Of a stretch of DNA of 45,389 nucleotides, positions 31,204 through 43,820 are shown one piece after another. The DNA is from Cyanophora paradoxa CCMP329 (lineage: Eukaryota; Plantae; Glaucophyta). Where the stretch lies: NCBI GenBank assembly GCA_004431415.1, contig QPMI01000042.1, positions 1-45,389 of the forward strand. Direction: 5' to 3'. The translations under genes and the position numbers were made by a program. The notes under the pieces are model-generated. The model saw only the letters and a program-made list of their open reading frames with translations. It ran no database searches and had not been told where the DNA came from. Positions within the stretch are counted from its first letter, which is position 1, and each line of letters begins with the position of its first letter.

Positions 31204-32565
31204 ATGCCAGCAACTGGAAGAATAGTTAGGAGAACCACTGAGCAACTGCAAGGAAACCTACTGCCCATCACAGTTCCAAAGGAGGAAAAGGGAGAATCTC
31301 GAATTGTAAAAAAGTCAGAGATGAAAGAGCTTGTCCCAGTAGAGATCCCAGTTGCTATTGCAGTGAAAGAAACAAGCAAGATTGCCAAGAGATTCTATGA
31401 TGTGAGAACTGGTTACAAAGGGCTTCAAGCTATGAGGGCTGAGTTACCTGATGAATCCTATAAGCAGTTGCAAGAGTTCTATAAAAAACAAGAAGTTGTT
31501 CAGATCAATGCACCTGCTATATCTAGGAAGAGAGATCCCATGGTCCCAATTAGGCAACCCCTTGATACCTATGTGATTGATTTGCTCTTTTTCCCAGCTT
31601 ATAAGAAACAAAACAATGGCTATGATACCTTTATGACTGCAATGGAATCTACACTGAGAACTGGGTATATCATACCTATAAGGGATAAATCAGCTCTCAC
31701 TACATTAGCTGCATTTAAACAGCTTGAAATGAGAGTGGCAAGACCCATAGTAAAGGTTCAATCAGATGCTGGGAGTGAGTTCCAAAATCGAATATTCCAG
31801 GAGTATTTATCTAGTAAATACATAGAACACCAAGTGAGTGGAACTGCAGACCACAGAAGCCAAGGTCGAATTGAAGCCTTTAACAAGCAGATTAAGAGAC
31901 TGATCACAAACTACTGCATAGCTAATAACACAGCTAGATTCTTTGATGTGTTGGGTGATATTGAGTTTAATTACAATAATACAGTTCACTCAGCTACTAA
32001 GATGAAGCCAGGTGAAACTACAGAGGAGCATTATAGGTATATAGTGGGATTAGAAGATGAAAGATTCAAGAAATCAATAGCTTATCTTGATACCATGCAG
32101 CCTGGCATGTTTGTTAGAGTGAAAGTTGAGAAGAACCCCTTTGCTAAACAGGGTAACAATTGGTCTAGGATGGTTTACACTGTTGATAGTAGGGAAGGCT
32201 TTAAGTTTAAGCTAAGGAGTCCCACTGGTGAGATCATAGAAAACAGGTTTGCTTTCCATGAGCTGTTGCCTGTGAATGCAGTTGAATATCTAGAAACCCC
32301 TACAGTGGATGCCTTGGAGCAAGCTAAAGAGGAAGCTAGGGTTGATGCTTCTATAAGGAGAGAAGGCATAGAAGCTGCTAATGAAGTCCCAGATAAGCCT
32401 TTGATAGAGGCTAGAAAGGAGAAGGCTGGGAAAGTTAACAGGGAACTCAAAAAGCTCACTATAGCAGGAACACAGAAACTTTCAGAAGTGAATAGCAAAG
32501 ATGGTATAATGACTTTCAGACTACTAAGGAGTCATATACAGCCCCTAAACCTCAAAGAACACTAA
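31204..32565 (+). CDS. Retroviral-type (rve, DDE) integrase
   Basis: YVIDL, QSDAGSEF, QGRIEAFNKQIK, YNNTVHSATKMKP, SH3-like GMFVRV...NWS; no chromodomain seen. Confidence 0.93.
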   Translation: MPATGRIVRRTTEQLQGNLLPITVPKEEKGESRIVKKSEMKELVPVEIPVAIAVKETSKIAKRFYDVRTGYKGLQAMRAELPDESYKQLQEFYKKQEVVQINAPAISRKRDPMVPIRQPLDTYVIDLLFFPAYKKQNNGYDTFMTAMESTLRTGYIIPIRDKSALTTLAAFKQLEMRVARPIVKVQSDAGSEFQNRIFQEYLSSKYIEHQVSGTADHRSQGRIEAFNKQIKRLITNYCIANNTARFFDVLGDIEFNYNNTVHSATKMKPGETTEEHYRYIVGLEDERFKKSIAYLDTMQPGMFVRVKVEKNPFAKQGNNWSRMVYTVDSREGFKFKLRSPTGEIIENRFAFHELLPVNAVEYLETPTVDALEQAKEEARVDASIRREGIEAANEVPDKPLIEARKEKAGKVNRELKKLTIAGTQKLSEVNSKDGIMTFRLLRSHIQPLNLKEH

Positions 32566-32604
32566 GAGAAAGGACCAAAACTAGCTAATTAATAGCATCT
32601 AATA

Positions 32605-33665
32605 AGCATCTCCCCAAGATTCCCCCTATTATTAAAGTGGACTCAAGGTTGACTCATATTAATCGATAGTATATGGATTTTGTTACGAATTCAATGCAAG
32701 GGTTGACTAAGTGGATTGAGTTGACTCAAATTTCACAGGAAATAACAATGAATCAGAGTATAAAATGCATTATTTGAATCAACTACACCAACTAACACTG
32801 AGATTTTAACAATATATGAGGTCCTTACTGAATATGGTTTGTGTGACAGGTGTGACAGGTCTATCCCAAAGTTTTCTATAGCACTAAAATGAACTCTCAA
32901 AAGTTTGGGATGGACCTGTCACACCTGTCACACTCGATTATTTCATTTGTTTATTTAAGTAGAATTACATAGATAAACTTCTTTCATATTGTTACTGAGT
33001 TTTTCATTATAAAAGAGGATCTTACTGAAAATGGTTTGTGTGACAGGTGTGACAGGTCTATCCCAAACTTTTCAATAACCTAAAAATGAACTATCAAAAG
33101 TTTTGGATAGACCTGTCACACCTGTCACACCCAATTATTTCAAAAAACCTAAGGGTCCCCCCTTAGACTCAACAAAACAATGATAAAATCATATAAGTTT
33201 CATGTATAATTACGATTGGATTCAATAAGAGATCGATTTGTTAATATAAACAAATGAATCATTTATGGATCTTAATCGAGTTTAGCGATATATTTCCGAT
33301 TAAATGAATTAAATTTAATTAAATTTAATCGAGAAAGTACATGAATATAATATCGATTAAATCAATTAACTTTAGACCAATCACACATAGTAAAATGCGG
33401 AGTTTTAACCAGAGGCAAGATCTAATTGAGATTCAGTTATATTATTCGGAAATATATACAGATTATCGATTAACTCAGTAAGACTAATCGGAAAATAAGA
33501 GAAATTTACGATAAAATATCGAAAAGAATACAAAATAATCGAAATAATTGAATATTCGATAAGATATACACAGATTATCGATTGATTGAAATAGAATATA
33601 CGAGATATATCAACAAAATCAATTAAGATAAGCCGAGGGTTAAAACTCCGCATTTTACTATGTGT
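32605..33665 (-). repeat. Right terminal inverted repeat of element C with two iteron modules (32841-32933, 33038-33130)
   Basis: Reverse complement of the left TIR; terminal segment 33383-33665 bounded by its own ~28 bp inverted repeat. Confidence 0.93.
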
Positions 33666-34699
33666 CTCGCTGATCTGTATGTATGATTTGTGTGCCGTTT
33701 GCTCGCCTATGAATTTCGCGTCTCACACATTTAAGGCCCTAACTGTAGCGTTTCATGCGCTTGCAACTGTGGTAGACATTGATTCAAACTAATAATATAA
33801 CCATGCAGGGCGTACTACGGTAGTCCAGTGTATATAGGTAGTCGCCGCTGCAATTGCAAAGCAGAAGCTTATAATCATCTTTAAATTTCTTCGTCTTCAG
33901 TATTTTTGGACTTCGTGTCAATGCCGAAAAGAGACAGTCTCGCCAACACTCGCAAGCGGGCAGAGGCCGAGGATCCGGAGCTCGAGGGGGGGAGGGGGGC
34001 GGAGGAGGAGAGAGAATCGGCTATTCGAAGGGTATGGAGAATCGAGAACGGAGGCGAGGGAGGCCGAAGTGATGTCGAGCTCTGGAGGCGAGGGGCTCGC
34101 AAGCGGACCCGGAAAGTGGATGCAGATGCAGAGAGACCGGGACGTAGTGCGGGAGGGGCATGCAAAAGATAGTGCCGCCCAGCGTCACAGTTGCAGAAGC
34201 GGGGGCAAGAAGGATGGGCTGAAGAGGGGCTGAGCCAGGAGGACGTCAGAAAGAGGGCGCGGCCACGCGGGGGCGGAAGTGGAGGAGCAAGGGAAGAGGT
34301 AAGAATGCCTAGGGGTACGGAGCTGCAAGATGACCAGGGACCTGCCGGGGAACAGGCAAGCGAAGAGGCCCCGTGACAGCAAGTTGTAAGGAGGGAGGAG
34401 ATAGATCTAGAGGCGGGCCAGTGCACGTGGGCCAAGGATCCCGGAGCACAGGAATCGGGACCGCAGGGAATGGGGGAAAGGAGCGTCGAGAGGGGCAGCG
34501 AGAGCAGGAATGGAGACGGGCCCAAGGGTCACTACAGGAGCCCGGCCAGAACAGGAGGGACGGCGCAGGAGGCGGGCGACCACCAGGGATATCGATCCCG
34601 GACTCTCCGGGACCCCCATGGCCAACGGGACAGTACTAGTCCCACGGACGGCGAACTCCCGGAGTCCACCTCCTTAGAAATTACGCAAAAAGGACATAT

Positions 34700-36580
34700 T
34701 ATGCGCATGCCACGGTGACGCCGTGACCGTCGGACAGTACGGTACCGGAACCGGGCCGCCAGCCGGCCCCGCCGCCCGGGGCCCGGGCCCGGCCGCCGGC
34801 GCCGGACCGGTTCACTGGGCCGGGGGGAAATGTATATATATAATATATATCATGATCACCGACGAGCGATCGCGACGACTGGCGATCGCGAACGCACGTG
34901 CACGTGCACGCGTCTATATACATAGATGTGCATTCAATTTAATTTGGCGATCCGGAGTCCGGGTACTCCGGAGTCCGGAGTCCCGATCGCGACTCCCGAG
35001 ACTCCCGACTCCCGAGTCCCGACAGCAGGACCCGACTCCGGTCTCTGGTGCATCATGGCCGATTCATGGGATGTCACTGCATGATCGATGATCGTTGGAT
35101 TGAGTCTTTGACTCGGTGATTGATAATTATTATTGAAGAATCAATGGCCGGGCGATCTTTCAACTTGGCCCCGGGCCCGGCGGCCCGGCCCAGGCCGGCG
35201 CCCGCCCGGCGGGCCGCCCGGCCGCCGCCCGCGGCCGCGTCGCGGCCGGCGCCGCCGGGCGCCGCAGCCAGCCGCTGAGCTGCAGCCTGCAGGGTTGTAG
35301 AAATTTTAGTCATGATCATGATTCATGACTGATCAGCCAAAACGGACACAAAATTTCGCGAAATATTTCGGAAATATCATTATGGCATGCAGCGCCACAA
35401 ACGTCCGAAATAGTCGCGTTTTGGGCCTCGGGCCTTTTGGCTCACTGAGTCAGATGACTAAAATTTGGCAGACTCAGTGACTAAACTTTGATTTGGGTCC
35501 CGTTTTGGCCGACTAAAATTTCTACAACCCTGATCATGGCGATATCATGTCGCCGCAGGCCCGCAGCCTGCATGCGCATGCGCAGGCTCATGATCAGACG
35601 TCCGACGGTCGACTCTGAATCTCTGATGAGTCTCTGAGAGACTGACTGTCTGTCCGACCGTCGGACGTCCGACGGTCGACGTGCGAATCGGTGCGATCAC
35701 GGTCGGGCTCGCGGGACTCGGGAGTCGGGAGTCGGGACTCGGACCGTCGGACTCGGACCGTCGGACTCGGGACCGACGGGACCGTCGGACGGACTCGGAC
35801 CGGAGCCTGCCAGCCAGTGCCAGGGCCTGGTCCGGAGTCCGGACTCCGGAGGTCCGGACTCCGGGAGTCACTGACTCACTAGTGCTGGGTTCAGTCAGGC
35901 TCCACCCCTGACCCAGTCGCTCAGCCCCCCTGACTGTGACTGAATCAGTCAACCCGAGGTTCAGTCAGGCTACCGTGCAAAAACTGAGGAAAATGACCCA
36001 GAAATGACCCAGATGCGATCCATCTAAGTTGCCAAGCACAGTTGCAAAGCGCGGGCAGTAGGGAGTGATTAGGCGAGCAAAGCTTATAATTAAGAACACT
36101 GGTGAAAGGAATTCGGCCCCCGTTAGCCTCGTTAGCGCGGGCGGTATCGTTCAGATTTCGTTGTTTTTCTGGAGGTAAGACGACAGAAGATCCTTTTAGA
36201 TCGATCCACGTCGAGCTTCAGATGGAAAAAGCCCACAGGGGGCACGCTCCCAGCAGGGTTTTGTATTGGACTGAGAGAACCTCAGTCGGCCAATTTGGTG
36301 ACTCAGTCGGGTCAGTCAGACCCTCTGACCGTCGGACTTTGACTGACAGTGACTGAACCCAGCCCTATGACTCACTGAGCGGCTCTGAGCCTCGCCGACT
36401 CCGGGGCCCGGGCCGAGTCGGCCCCGGCGGAGCGAGCCGGCTAGCCTAGTAGCGCTCGAGCTCGGAACACCGTACCGTAGCCGAGTAGAGTCGGCGTAGA
36501 CTCCGTATATATACTGCAGTTCGTTGTAAACTTGTAGTACGTAATACTAGTACCGTAGTACTACGGTACGCGGCCGGACC
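34700..36580. repeat. Host low-complexity micro-palindromic DNA
   Basis: Dense GACTC/GAGTC, CCGG, GTAC and TCAGTC/GACTGA words in local inverted and direct copies. Confidence 0.75.
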
Positions 36581-36582
36581 TA

Positions 36583-36850
36583 CCGTGTATACGTAACACT
36601 TAACTTAGTAAGTAATGCGCCACTTAAGTAATGCGGTACCAAATTAATGCGTTTTCTGTGATCAAAACGCATTAATTTGGTACCGCATTAATATCGAAAC
36701 GCTAAGAAACTACTATATGTATCCCCCTACTGCAGCCAAAACGCTTCAAACCGCATTAATTTGGTGCTGCATTAATTTACATGATCGGGTCCGGACCGTC
36801 CGGGTCCAAAACCGCATTAATTTCTGGCGCATTAATTAAGTGTTACACGG
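36583..36850. mobile_element. MITE (CCGT...ACGG termini, TA flanks; Tc1/mariner-pogo type), degraded copy
   Basis: TA|CCGTGT...TAATGCGCCA versus TGGCGCATTA...ACACGG|TA; colinear with the copy at 36943. Confidence 0.7.
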
Positions 36851-36942
36851 TACAGTACCGTGCTGACAATGCCTGACATAACTACTGCGCTATTACTGTA
36901 ATTTGGAACGCAGTAATCATTGAATTTGTGGCCGGGCGGCTA

Positions 36943-37201
36943 CCGTAAAACACTTAAGTAATGCGGGCACTTAAGTAATGCGGTCCCGAAATAATGCGTT
37001 TTCCGCTGGCAAAACGCATTAATTCGGGGGCGCATTAATATCGAAGCGCTACGCCGGCGCTAAGAAAACTGCGGTATGTACCCCCCTCACGCAGCCAGAA
37101 GGCTTCAAAACGCATTAATTCGGGGGCGCATAATTAACCGTACTGGGGGTCGGGGTCCAAAAACGCATTACTTACCGGCGCATTACTTAAGTGTTTTACG
37201 G
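36943..37201. mobile_element. MITE with perfect 23 bp TIRs and TA flanks
   Basis: TA|CCGTAAAACACTTAAGTAATGCG ... CGCATTACTTAAGTGTTTTACGG|TA; internal CGCATTAAT repeats. Confidence 0.85.
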
Positions 37202-38077
37202 TACACTGCTACAGCTGCAGTGGCGCAGTAAATAAGTGTTACACGGAACCGGTATGCCATGATGGTACTCCGACGCCGTACAGTACGTACGGTCCGCACC
37301 CCACTCCACGCCGATCATCACTGACCGTCGGACTCCCGGGACACTGACGTCGACACTGACAGTGAGTTATGATCAGCTGCCCAGCCTGCCCTCAGGGTTT
37401 GGCATCCAGCGCTAGCTAGCTATAGCTAGCTACCGAAATCTGCATTTACGTATGCACGTGTGCATATGCATGCGACCGATCGCGAGGCCTAGGGCTTTAA
37501 CTACATACGTAAATTGAGAATGACCATGATTCATGATCAGCCGCAGCATGCGCAGCGCGATTTCTATCGGCGAAGCTGTTCATGATCATGAAGCCCTCAG
37601 CGGCCCCTTGCACATGTATACGTATACGCACATCTCGCGCATATCGTCGAGATCATAATGACATGCGTAGCGCATACGCGTCTTCTTTTCTTCCGGTGCA
37701 GGCGAGTACATTCGCTACAAATGCCGCATGCCATGCCTACGCGCATGTACAGCCCACAGGCACGATTTCGGATCATCGGATGCTAGCTATAGAATTGTTA
37801 AGTCAGCAGCTGCATGCGCAGAAGGCCGCCGGCGCCGGGGTCGGGGCGTCGAGTATTTTTTGATATTGAACTGCAGGTGAAAATTGATGATGATCATGAT
37901 ATCGATGCGCATCCGCGCATACGCACGCGTCGTGCGCCCAATCGCAAGCTACCGCGGAAGTTTCAGTTACGTATACAACGCTTGTCGTGTTTCACTTGTC
38001 CTGCAGTGTTTTCCCTCCTCGTCCTTATGATTACAGGCAAGCTCTTGCAAATTGTTCAAATAAGTTGCTGTCGACAT

Positions 38078-41000
38078 ATGCATCGACTTCCCTGGCCGAT
38101 CGCGATCTATAGCTATTTCTTTGGCTGTGTCGCAGTTCTGATGTCGCTCGCAGCAAGCGCACAGGCCCTCAACTATCCTCCTCCCGTGCACCTGTTAGTG
38201 CACGTGGGTCCTGTCTTGGGCCTCGCTCTGGACAGCACAGGCCGGCTGCTGGCTTCAGGCGGCGAAGACGGCACCGTTAAGCTCTGGAACGTCTCTGCAG
38301 CTGGGGGCGCCTTGTTTCGGTCTTTGAGCAACGGCACGGGCAGCGTCCGGACAGTCTGCTTCACGCCCGACGGCGCCTCAGTGCTGGCAGCGGGCCCGGG
38401 CTCGGTCGCGCGGCTCTGGCGAGTCAGCGACGGAGCTCTTCAGCTTGGCCTCAAGCATCCCGATGGGGTCTCTGTGTATGCAGGCGCTGTTTCGCCGGAC
38501 GGAGCCCTCGCCGTGACTGGCACGACTGTTGCGCTGGCGTACGTCTGGTCCCTCAGCAACGGCGGCTTCGCAGCTGCGTTCTCTGAACAACCACTCGGAC
38601 GCAATTACGGCAGTCGCCTTTGCTCCCGGAGCCAGCGATGTCGTCGCCACAGCTTTCGTTCGATAAGACTGTCGTCCTGTGGAATGTCTCCTCCGGAGCC
38701 GTTCTTCGGGTGCTCAGGGGCCACAAGGACTGGATCTACGGGCATCGCGTTCGTTCCGCGCGCTGCGCTGCTCGTCAGCGTCGCGAACAGAAATGATCCT
38801 CAACGGATCCGCACGTGGTCGGTGTCGACTGGCGCTCAAAGATGGGCCAGCACTGCAAATGCAGGCGTGGGTGCAGTCCACGCGGTCGCGGCCGCAGCGA
38901 ACGGGTCTATGAGCATTACTGCAGGTGCGATCAATTTTACACGTCATGTCGATATTCCAATTCGCCACGCATATGGGAAATTCTTCTGAGAATGCGATTG
39001 CGCTGATTATATGATTTCGAACAGGCGAGGACGGTCGCGTGCGTTTCTGGAGCGTCGAGAGTGGCGCGGAGCTTACCAGGATTCCGTCCGATCGAAATCA
39101 ACTCCTTTCAGTCCTCGACTCCGCAACCGGTCAACATTCGGTCTGTCGTATTGGCTCATAACGCCACGTTTGTTGCAACTGGCGACGAGAAGGGCAACGT
39201 CACGATTTGGGATCTCACGCCCCGTGCGCGCATGCTGGTTTTGATTTTTCAAATTCAGACGCAGTCACGTGATCATGACCCTCCCTTTCTAACCTCGCCT
39301 GTCTCGCGCAGTGCCTCCATCGCCTGTTTCTGAGCCGCAACTCTCCGCCCAGCGATCCTCCATCGAGTGCAGCTCGAATAGGACATTCGTCGGCGAGGAG
39401 TTGAACTGCACGTTCTTCCCGCGCACCGATTCCGGCGCCCCGTACCCCGCTTTGCCGTCGAACATCAGTCTCTCCGGCGCTGGCGACGCCGTCGCTGCAT
39501 GCGTTCCGATCGCCCCTGTGGTCGAACCGCACCTCAAGCCTCACCTTCGCCGTCCTTTTCAATCACAGCCTGGAGGAGCCCGCGAACGCTGTGATTGCCA
39601 TCTGGAGAAACGCTTCGAATTCTGCCGGCCGATCAAACGCGACCCATTCGTCCGCGGCCGGCTCCAACTCGACGTTCTTCGTTTCGCGCAATATATCCGT
39701 TCTCCCTCAAGTTCGGGTCGACCCAAGGTGCATGCGCTTGGCGATAAGTTCTCGTGTTCAATTGACGTAGGTGCACACGCACAGAACGGCAGTGGAGTGT
39801 GTGCCGAGCACGGTGTACATCGGATTCCCGACCGCGTGCACGATCACGTCCTCCACAAAGGTGAATTTGCCTTCAGCTCTAGATCTACCCCTTCTGCGGG
39901 CGCTTGTGCACGTTGTGGCCCTTGTTTGCGGTTCGCCTAAAGCATCGCGCGCTTCTGCATGCGCAATCAGATACGGAACGCGGACGCCAGCGCTTTGCTT
40001 CAGATGCTCGGGGCGCCGATGGTCGAGCTTGGCGGCGGCGTGAACCTCGCCGTCGCCTTCGACATATCTGCAGTGGAGGTTCTGCAGGCCGGTGACGGAC
40101 AAGACGTGTCAAGATTTCGATTCACAATTACGGCCCGCGTTGTGGGTGGGCTCGATCAACTAGCGCTTGCTGCAGCTGACCATGGGCGTGAATTGCGGAT
40201 CTTTGTGCCTGTCTTCAAGTTTCTGCTCATGTCCCACGAACGATCTGCTGCTTCTGGCAAGCGTCAACATCACGCTCAAACTGAGTGCGGGTCTCGCACT
40301 TCATAAGTGCGGTCTTGAGCGCGATCTGCTTACGGAAGGCCATCCGGCCACACAGGCCCCTCTCACTTCCCGCCGTCGGCACTTCTTTTCTACGCCAGAA
40401 TCTGTTTCTTTTCCACTGCCGCGCCTGAAGCTGCACGCGCTGGCTGCTGGATCCTCAAGTGCCGTGTATGATAACACAGGCGTCGTCGCCTGGACGAAAG
40501 CCTCTATCAAGACATGCGAGTGGGCTCTGGTGTGCTTTCATTTCACTATTATCATTGGCTGAGCGCGTTGCGTGTGCGTGTATGTCAGCTGATCGCAAAC
40601 GCCTTTACTCGCGATCGCAGACACCTTGAACGCATCGAATGCAGACTACCTTATCGAATTTAGCACCGAGGACGTCGACGCGTACGGTAGCGACCAGAGC
40701 GCCCAGGGATGCGCGACATTCTGGATGAAGCCGCGTCTGGGCTCCTGGCTGCTACAGCTCACCGTGACGGATAGCGCTGGCTATGCTTCATCTCTCACGC
40801 AGGTCTTGGCAGTCACCCCTCCGCTCAGTGCGTCCGGCCAACCGTCATGCATTGCTGCATTCACGACTAATTGCCACGGTGAAAAGACACGACGATCGCG
40901 GTCAAGCTCGACACGGACTACGACGCGTTTGTCGCCATGTTCGCCAACGGATCCTACGGCAGGCTACTCGACCTGCTGGCGACAGCCGGGCGAAATCTGT

Positions 41001-41391
41001 TCCAGCGGAGCCAGATCTACGGGCTGTCGGTGACGCGGGGCAGCGTTCTCATCCGTTCAAGCTTCTTCGGCTCGCGGGCTCGAATCAGGCAAGCTCGCAG
41101 GCCCTGGCTCAACGCGCACCCTGCGCTGGCGCATGACGACTGCGTTGCGTTTGCAGACGGAGGAGCAGCTGAGGAATGCGTTGCAGCAAAATTCGACTCT
41201 CTGATGCTTCGTTCGGCCAGGTGCCTTCGTTAGAGGCGTTAACGTTTTCTGTTGCCACGTGAATATCACCGATGCACCCATTTACAGTCGCCCACGTCAA
41301 TCGAATATTCACAGCAGCCCGCCGGAAACGTTCGCAGGTCTTTGGCGCCCCGGTCCTGAGCGTCCAGGCGTACGAGGAACTTCCTTCGGCC

Positions 41392-41448
<57 letters not shown>

Positions 41449-43000
41449 TGTGAAGCGCTGCTCTATGCCCGCACCGGCTGCTTTGGCCATGCATGGGGCA
41501 GTTCCGTTTCGAATGCACTTCACGTAAACACATTCCTTGCATGCGCAGATATCGCCAGGTTCGGCCCACAGTCTCCCGGGCGGCGTTTATGTACGTTGAC
41601 GGCAAGCCCACAATCGTCGCGCTGCTCGGGAACAACGAAGTCTCCCCAGCCCTGCAAAGAACATGGCGCCAGATCAGCGGGCCGCAGGACATTTCGGCGC
41701 AGCTCGCCGCATCGAATCAAGCGCAGTCGTCCGTCGACGCTGCCAGCGCGTTCGACGTATCCGTTCCGCTGTCGTCCGGCCTGAAGAACGGAACGTACGT
41801 GCTTGAGCTCACCGTGGTCGACGTGTTCAACTACGAGACAAAGCTGCAAGTGGAGCTCATCGTCGACCCGCCCCCCAGTCCGTCGGTCGCCGCTTCCGGT
41901 GAGCGCTACGATCTGAAAGCCGAGATGCAATTCCTATATATACTCTCTTATATTAGCGCGTGTGTGCTTCCCGGCATTTACCTTTCGGACAGAGCCAGAG
42001 GCGTCGGCTCTGGGCGCCGCGGTCGGTGCTACAATGACGGCGGCGGCCGCAGTCGCGGCGGGAACTTCGGCGGCAGCTTTGGCTGCGGGCAGCGCTGCTC
42101 CGAACGGTGGGTCGCAGCTGATTCGCGATCCGACCTTTCTGTTAACAACACATCGTGCTTCAGTCGACGTTGGGGTTGATTTCGGCGGGGATATGGGCGG
42201 CGATGCGGGCGGGACGCCGGCGGGGATGCGGGCGGGACGACGCCGGGGATGGCGGCGACCTGGATGCTGACGGTGGCGATGCGGAGGCGGCCGAGGAAGA
42301 GCAGAATGAGGACGAGATCGATGCAGAGGACCAGGATGCGGTCGAGCAACAAGAGAGGCGGCGCCAGGCACAACTCGAAGCCGGTGGCGACGTGGAGGTA
42401 TCCCATGCAATCGATTAATCGCATTTGAATTCATTCCGTTCGCAATCGCCCCTTTGGTCACACTGCATCCTCAGATGGATGTCGGTGGAATGGGAGGTGC
42501 TGGTGGCCACCGGCGCCGGCGGAGGCGGAGACGGAGCCGCGATGGGTGCCGCGGTGACGGGAATGGCGCTCGGCGCTGCAGCACTCAGCGCAGTCTCGGC
42601 GATCGTGCCGCCTGTGCCATCGCGAGGTCGCCGTGGATCAGTTTATGCCTCGGGAATCCCGCCTCGCAGAAGATCGAGTGTGAGTCCCGAAGCCGCCCGG
42701 ACGGCGGCCGCGGCAGAGAGCCGGGCGAGGAAGTTCAGTACCGCATCCGTCGGGGCAGAGTCGCCGACGAGCGAACGACGCGACAAGCGCCGCTCCAGTG
42801 TGCTGCGACTTCAGCGTCAGCAAGTCCCAGCGGCAAGGCCATGACAGGGATGACACTCGGTGCAGCCGGCCTCGAGGCGTCAGGGCTCGTTGCTGCTGCT
42901 GCGACCAACGGCTCACGGCGATCCCGACGATTCCTCTACGCCTCGGGAGTTCCGCCGCGCAGGAGATCGATTGCGAGTGAGATTTCCGAGGCGGTTGTTG
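38078..43000 (+). CDS. Host multi-exon gene: signal peptide, WD40 repeats, extracellular region, Ala-rich hydrophobic segment; exon structure unresolved
   Basis: MHRLPW...SAQA leader; LLASGGEDGTVKLWNV, ATGDEKGNVTIWDL; GT-AG intron candidate 41393-41548; ALGAAVGATMTAAAAVAAG. Confidence 0.6.
41393..41452. repeat. (GT)n microsatellite, probably intronic
   Basis: About 29 GT units with one interruption. Confidence 0.97.
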
Positions 43001-43274
43001 TATACGCATGGACCTCACACCCGGGCAATTCCGCTTCGCTCCATTGCCCCCGATTCCATGCGTTTCCAGTGTATACCTCCAGCCCCTCTTCAGTTAATTC
43101 ACCTTGTACGTCTACGAGACCCTTATTCCAGGTCTACCAGACTCGGGTCGGAGTCTTAACAAAGAAAATATCTAACGACTATTCAGGCAGAGCTGACACT
43201 TGAATAGACGAAGAGGAGCGCTGCCCCCTTGAGCGCGGTCTGTAGAAAACGTGGCAGAATAGGCTAGGCGATAT

Positions 43275-43700
43275 TAATGAGTACAGAGAAGCTAAACGAG
43301 GAAACGTGTTAAGCTCTAGCTAGATGTAATTGATGTGTACAGAGAAGCTAAACGAGGAAAAAGCGTTAAGCTATAGCCGCACGTAAGGACGGGCCCCCAG
43401 AGCGGTCTGCTGCGGCCTCTGGAGATGTGTCGATGACTTTACCTTTCTTTTGTTTTAATTGTTTTAATTGTTTTAATTCGGAGGGTCAAGTTCCTAAGAA
43501 AACTTTGCGGACGCCGTGACGTGACGCTGTGACGTGGCGAGAAAACGGCGAGATACGTGACACACAAAAGATTGGCGCTGATAGTGCGCTGATAGTGCGC
43601 TGATAGTACGCTGATAGTGTGCGGATTGCTAGCCCGAGAACGAGCGGCTGCCAAGCTCAAGCCGGATCCAAGCCGGATCCCGGAGACCGAGCCGGAGACA
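43275..43700. repeat. Repeat-rich leader of element D
   Basis: GTACAGAGAAGCTAAACGAGGAAA x2, TTGTTTTAA x3, CGCTGATAGT x4, CAAGCCGGATC x2. Confidence 0.85.
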
Positions 43701-43820
43701 AGTCTTGCAGTTAGTTGCATGGCTTAAAGGTTTCTCGCACTCATACTAGCAATCAGAGATTGTGCGCGATTAAATCGCAAAAAGTTTTCGGCCAGCCAAT
43801 ATTGTAGAGACCTATTCATA

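Larger units (their letters stand above)
6954..33665. mobile_element. Endogenous Polinton-like virus C, apparently complete (~26.7 kb)
   Basis: TIRs ACACATAGTA...TACTATGTGT; pPolB, rve integrase, D5 primase-helicase, packaging ATPase, MCP, pentons; intronless, AT-rich, gene-dense. Confidence 0.95.

Noticed and set aside
6954-33665. Prophage or giant-virus fragment
   Set aside because: Phage-like fibres and SpeD are present, but TIRs, pPolB, rve integrase, A32 ATPase and jelly-roll capsid genes with no terminase, portal or RNA polymerase indicate a Polinton-like virus
33881-36356. Long ORFs in GC-rich host DNA
   Set aside because: Low-complexity Arg/Gly/Ser/Pro translations on both strands with no motifs
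41259-41784. His-Thr or Cys-Val repeat proteins resembling the fibre HxH repeat
   Set aside because: Translations of the GT microsatellite
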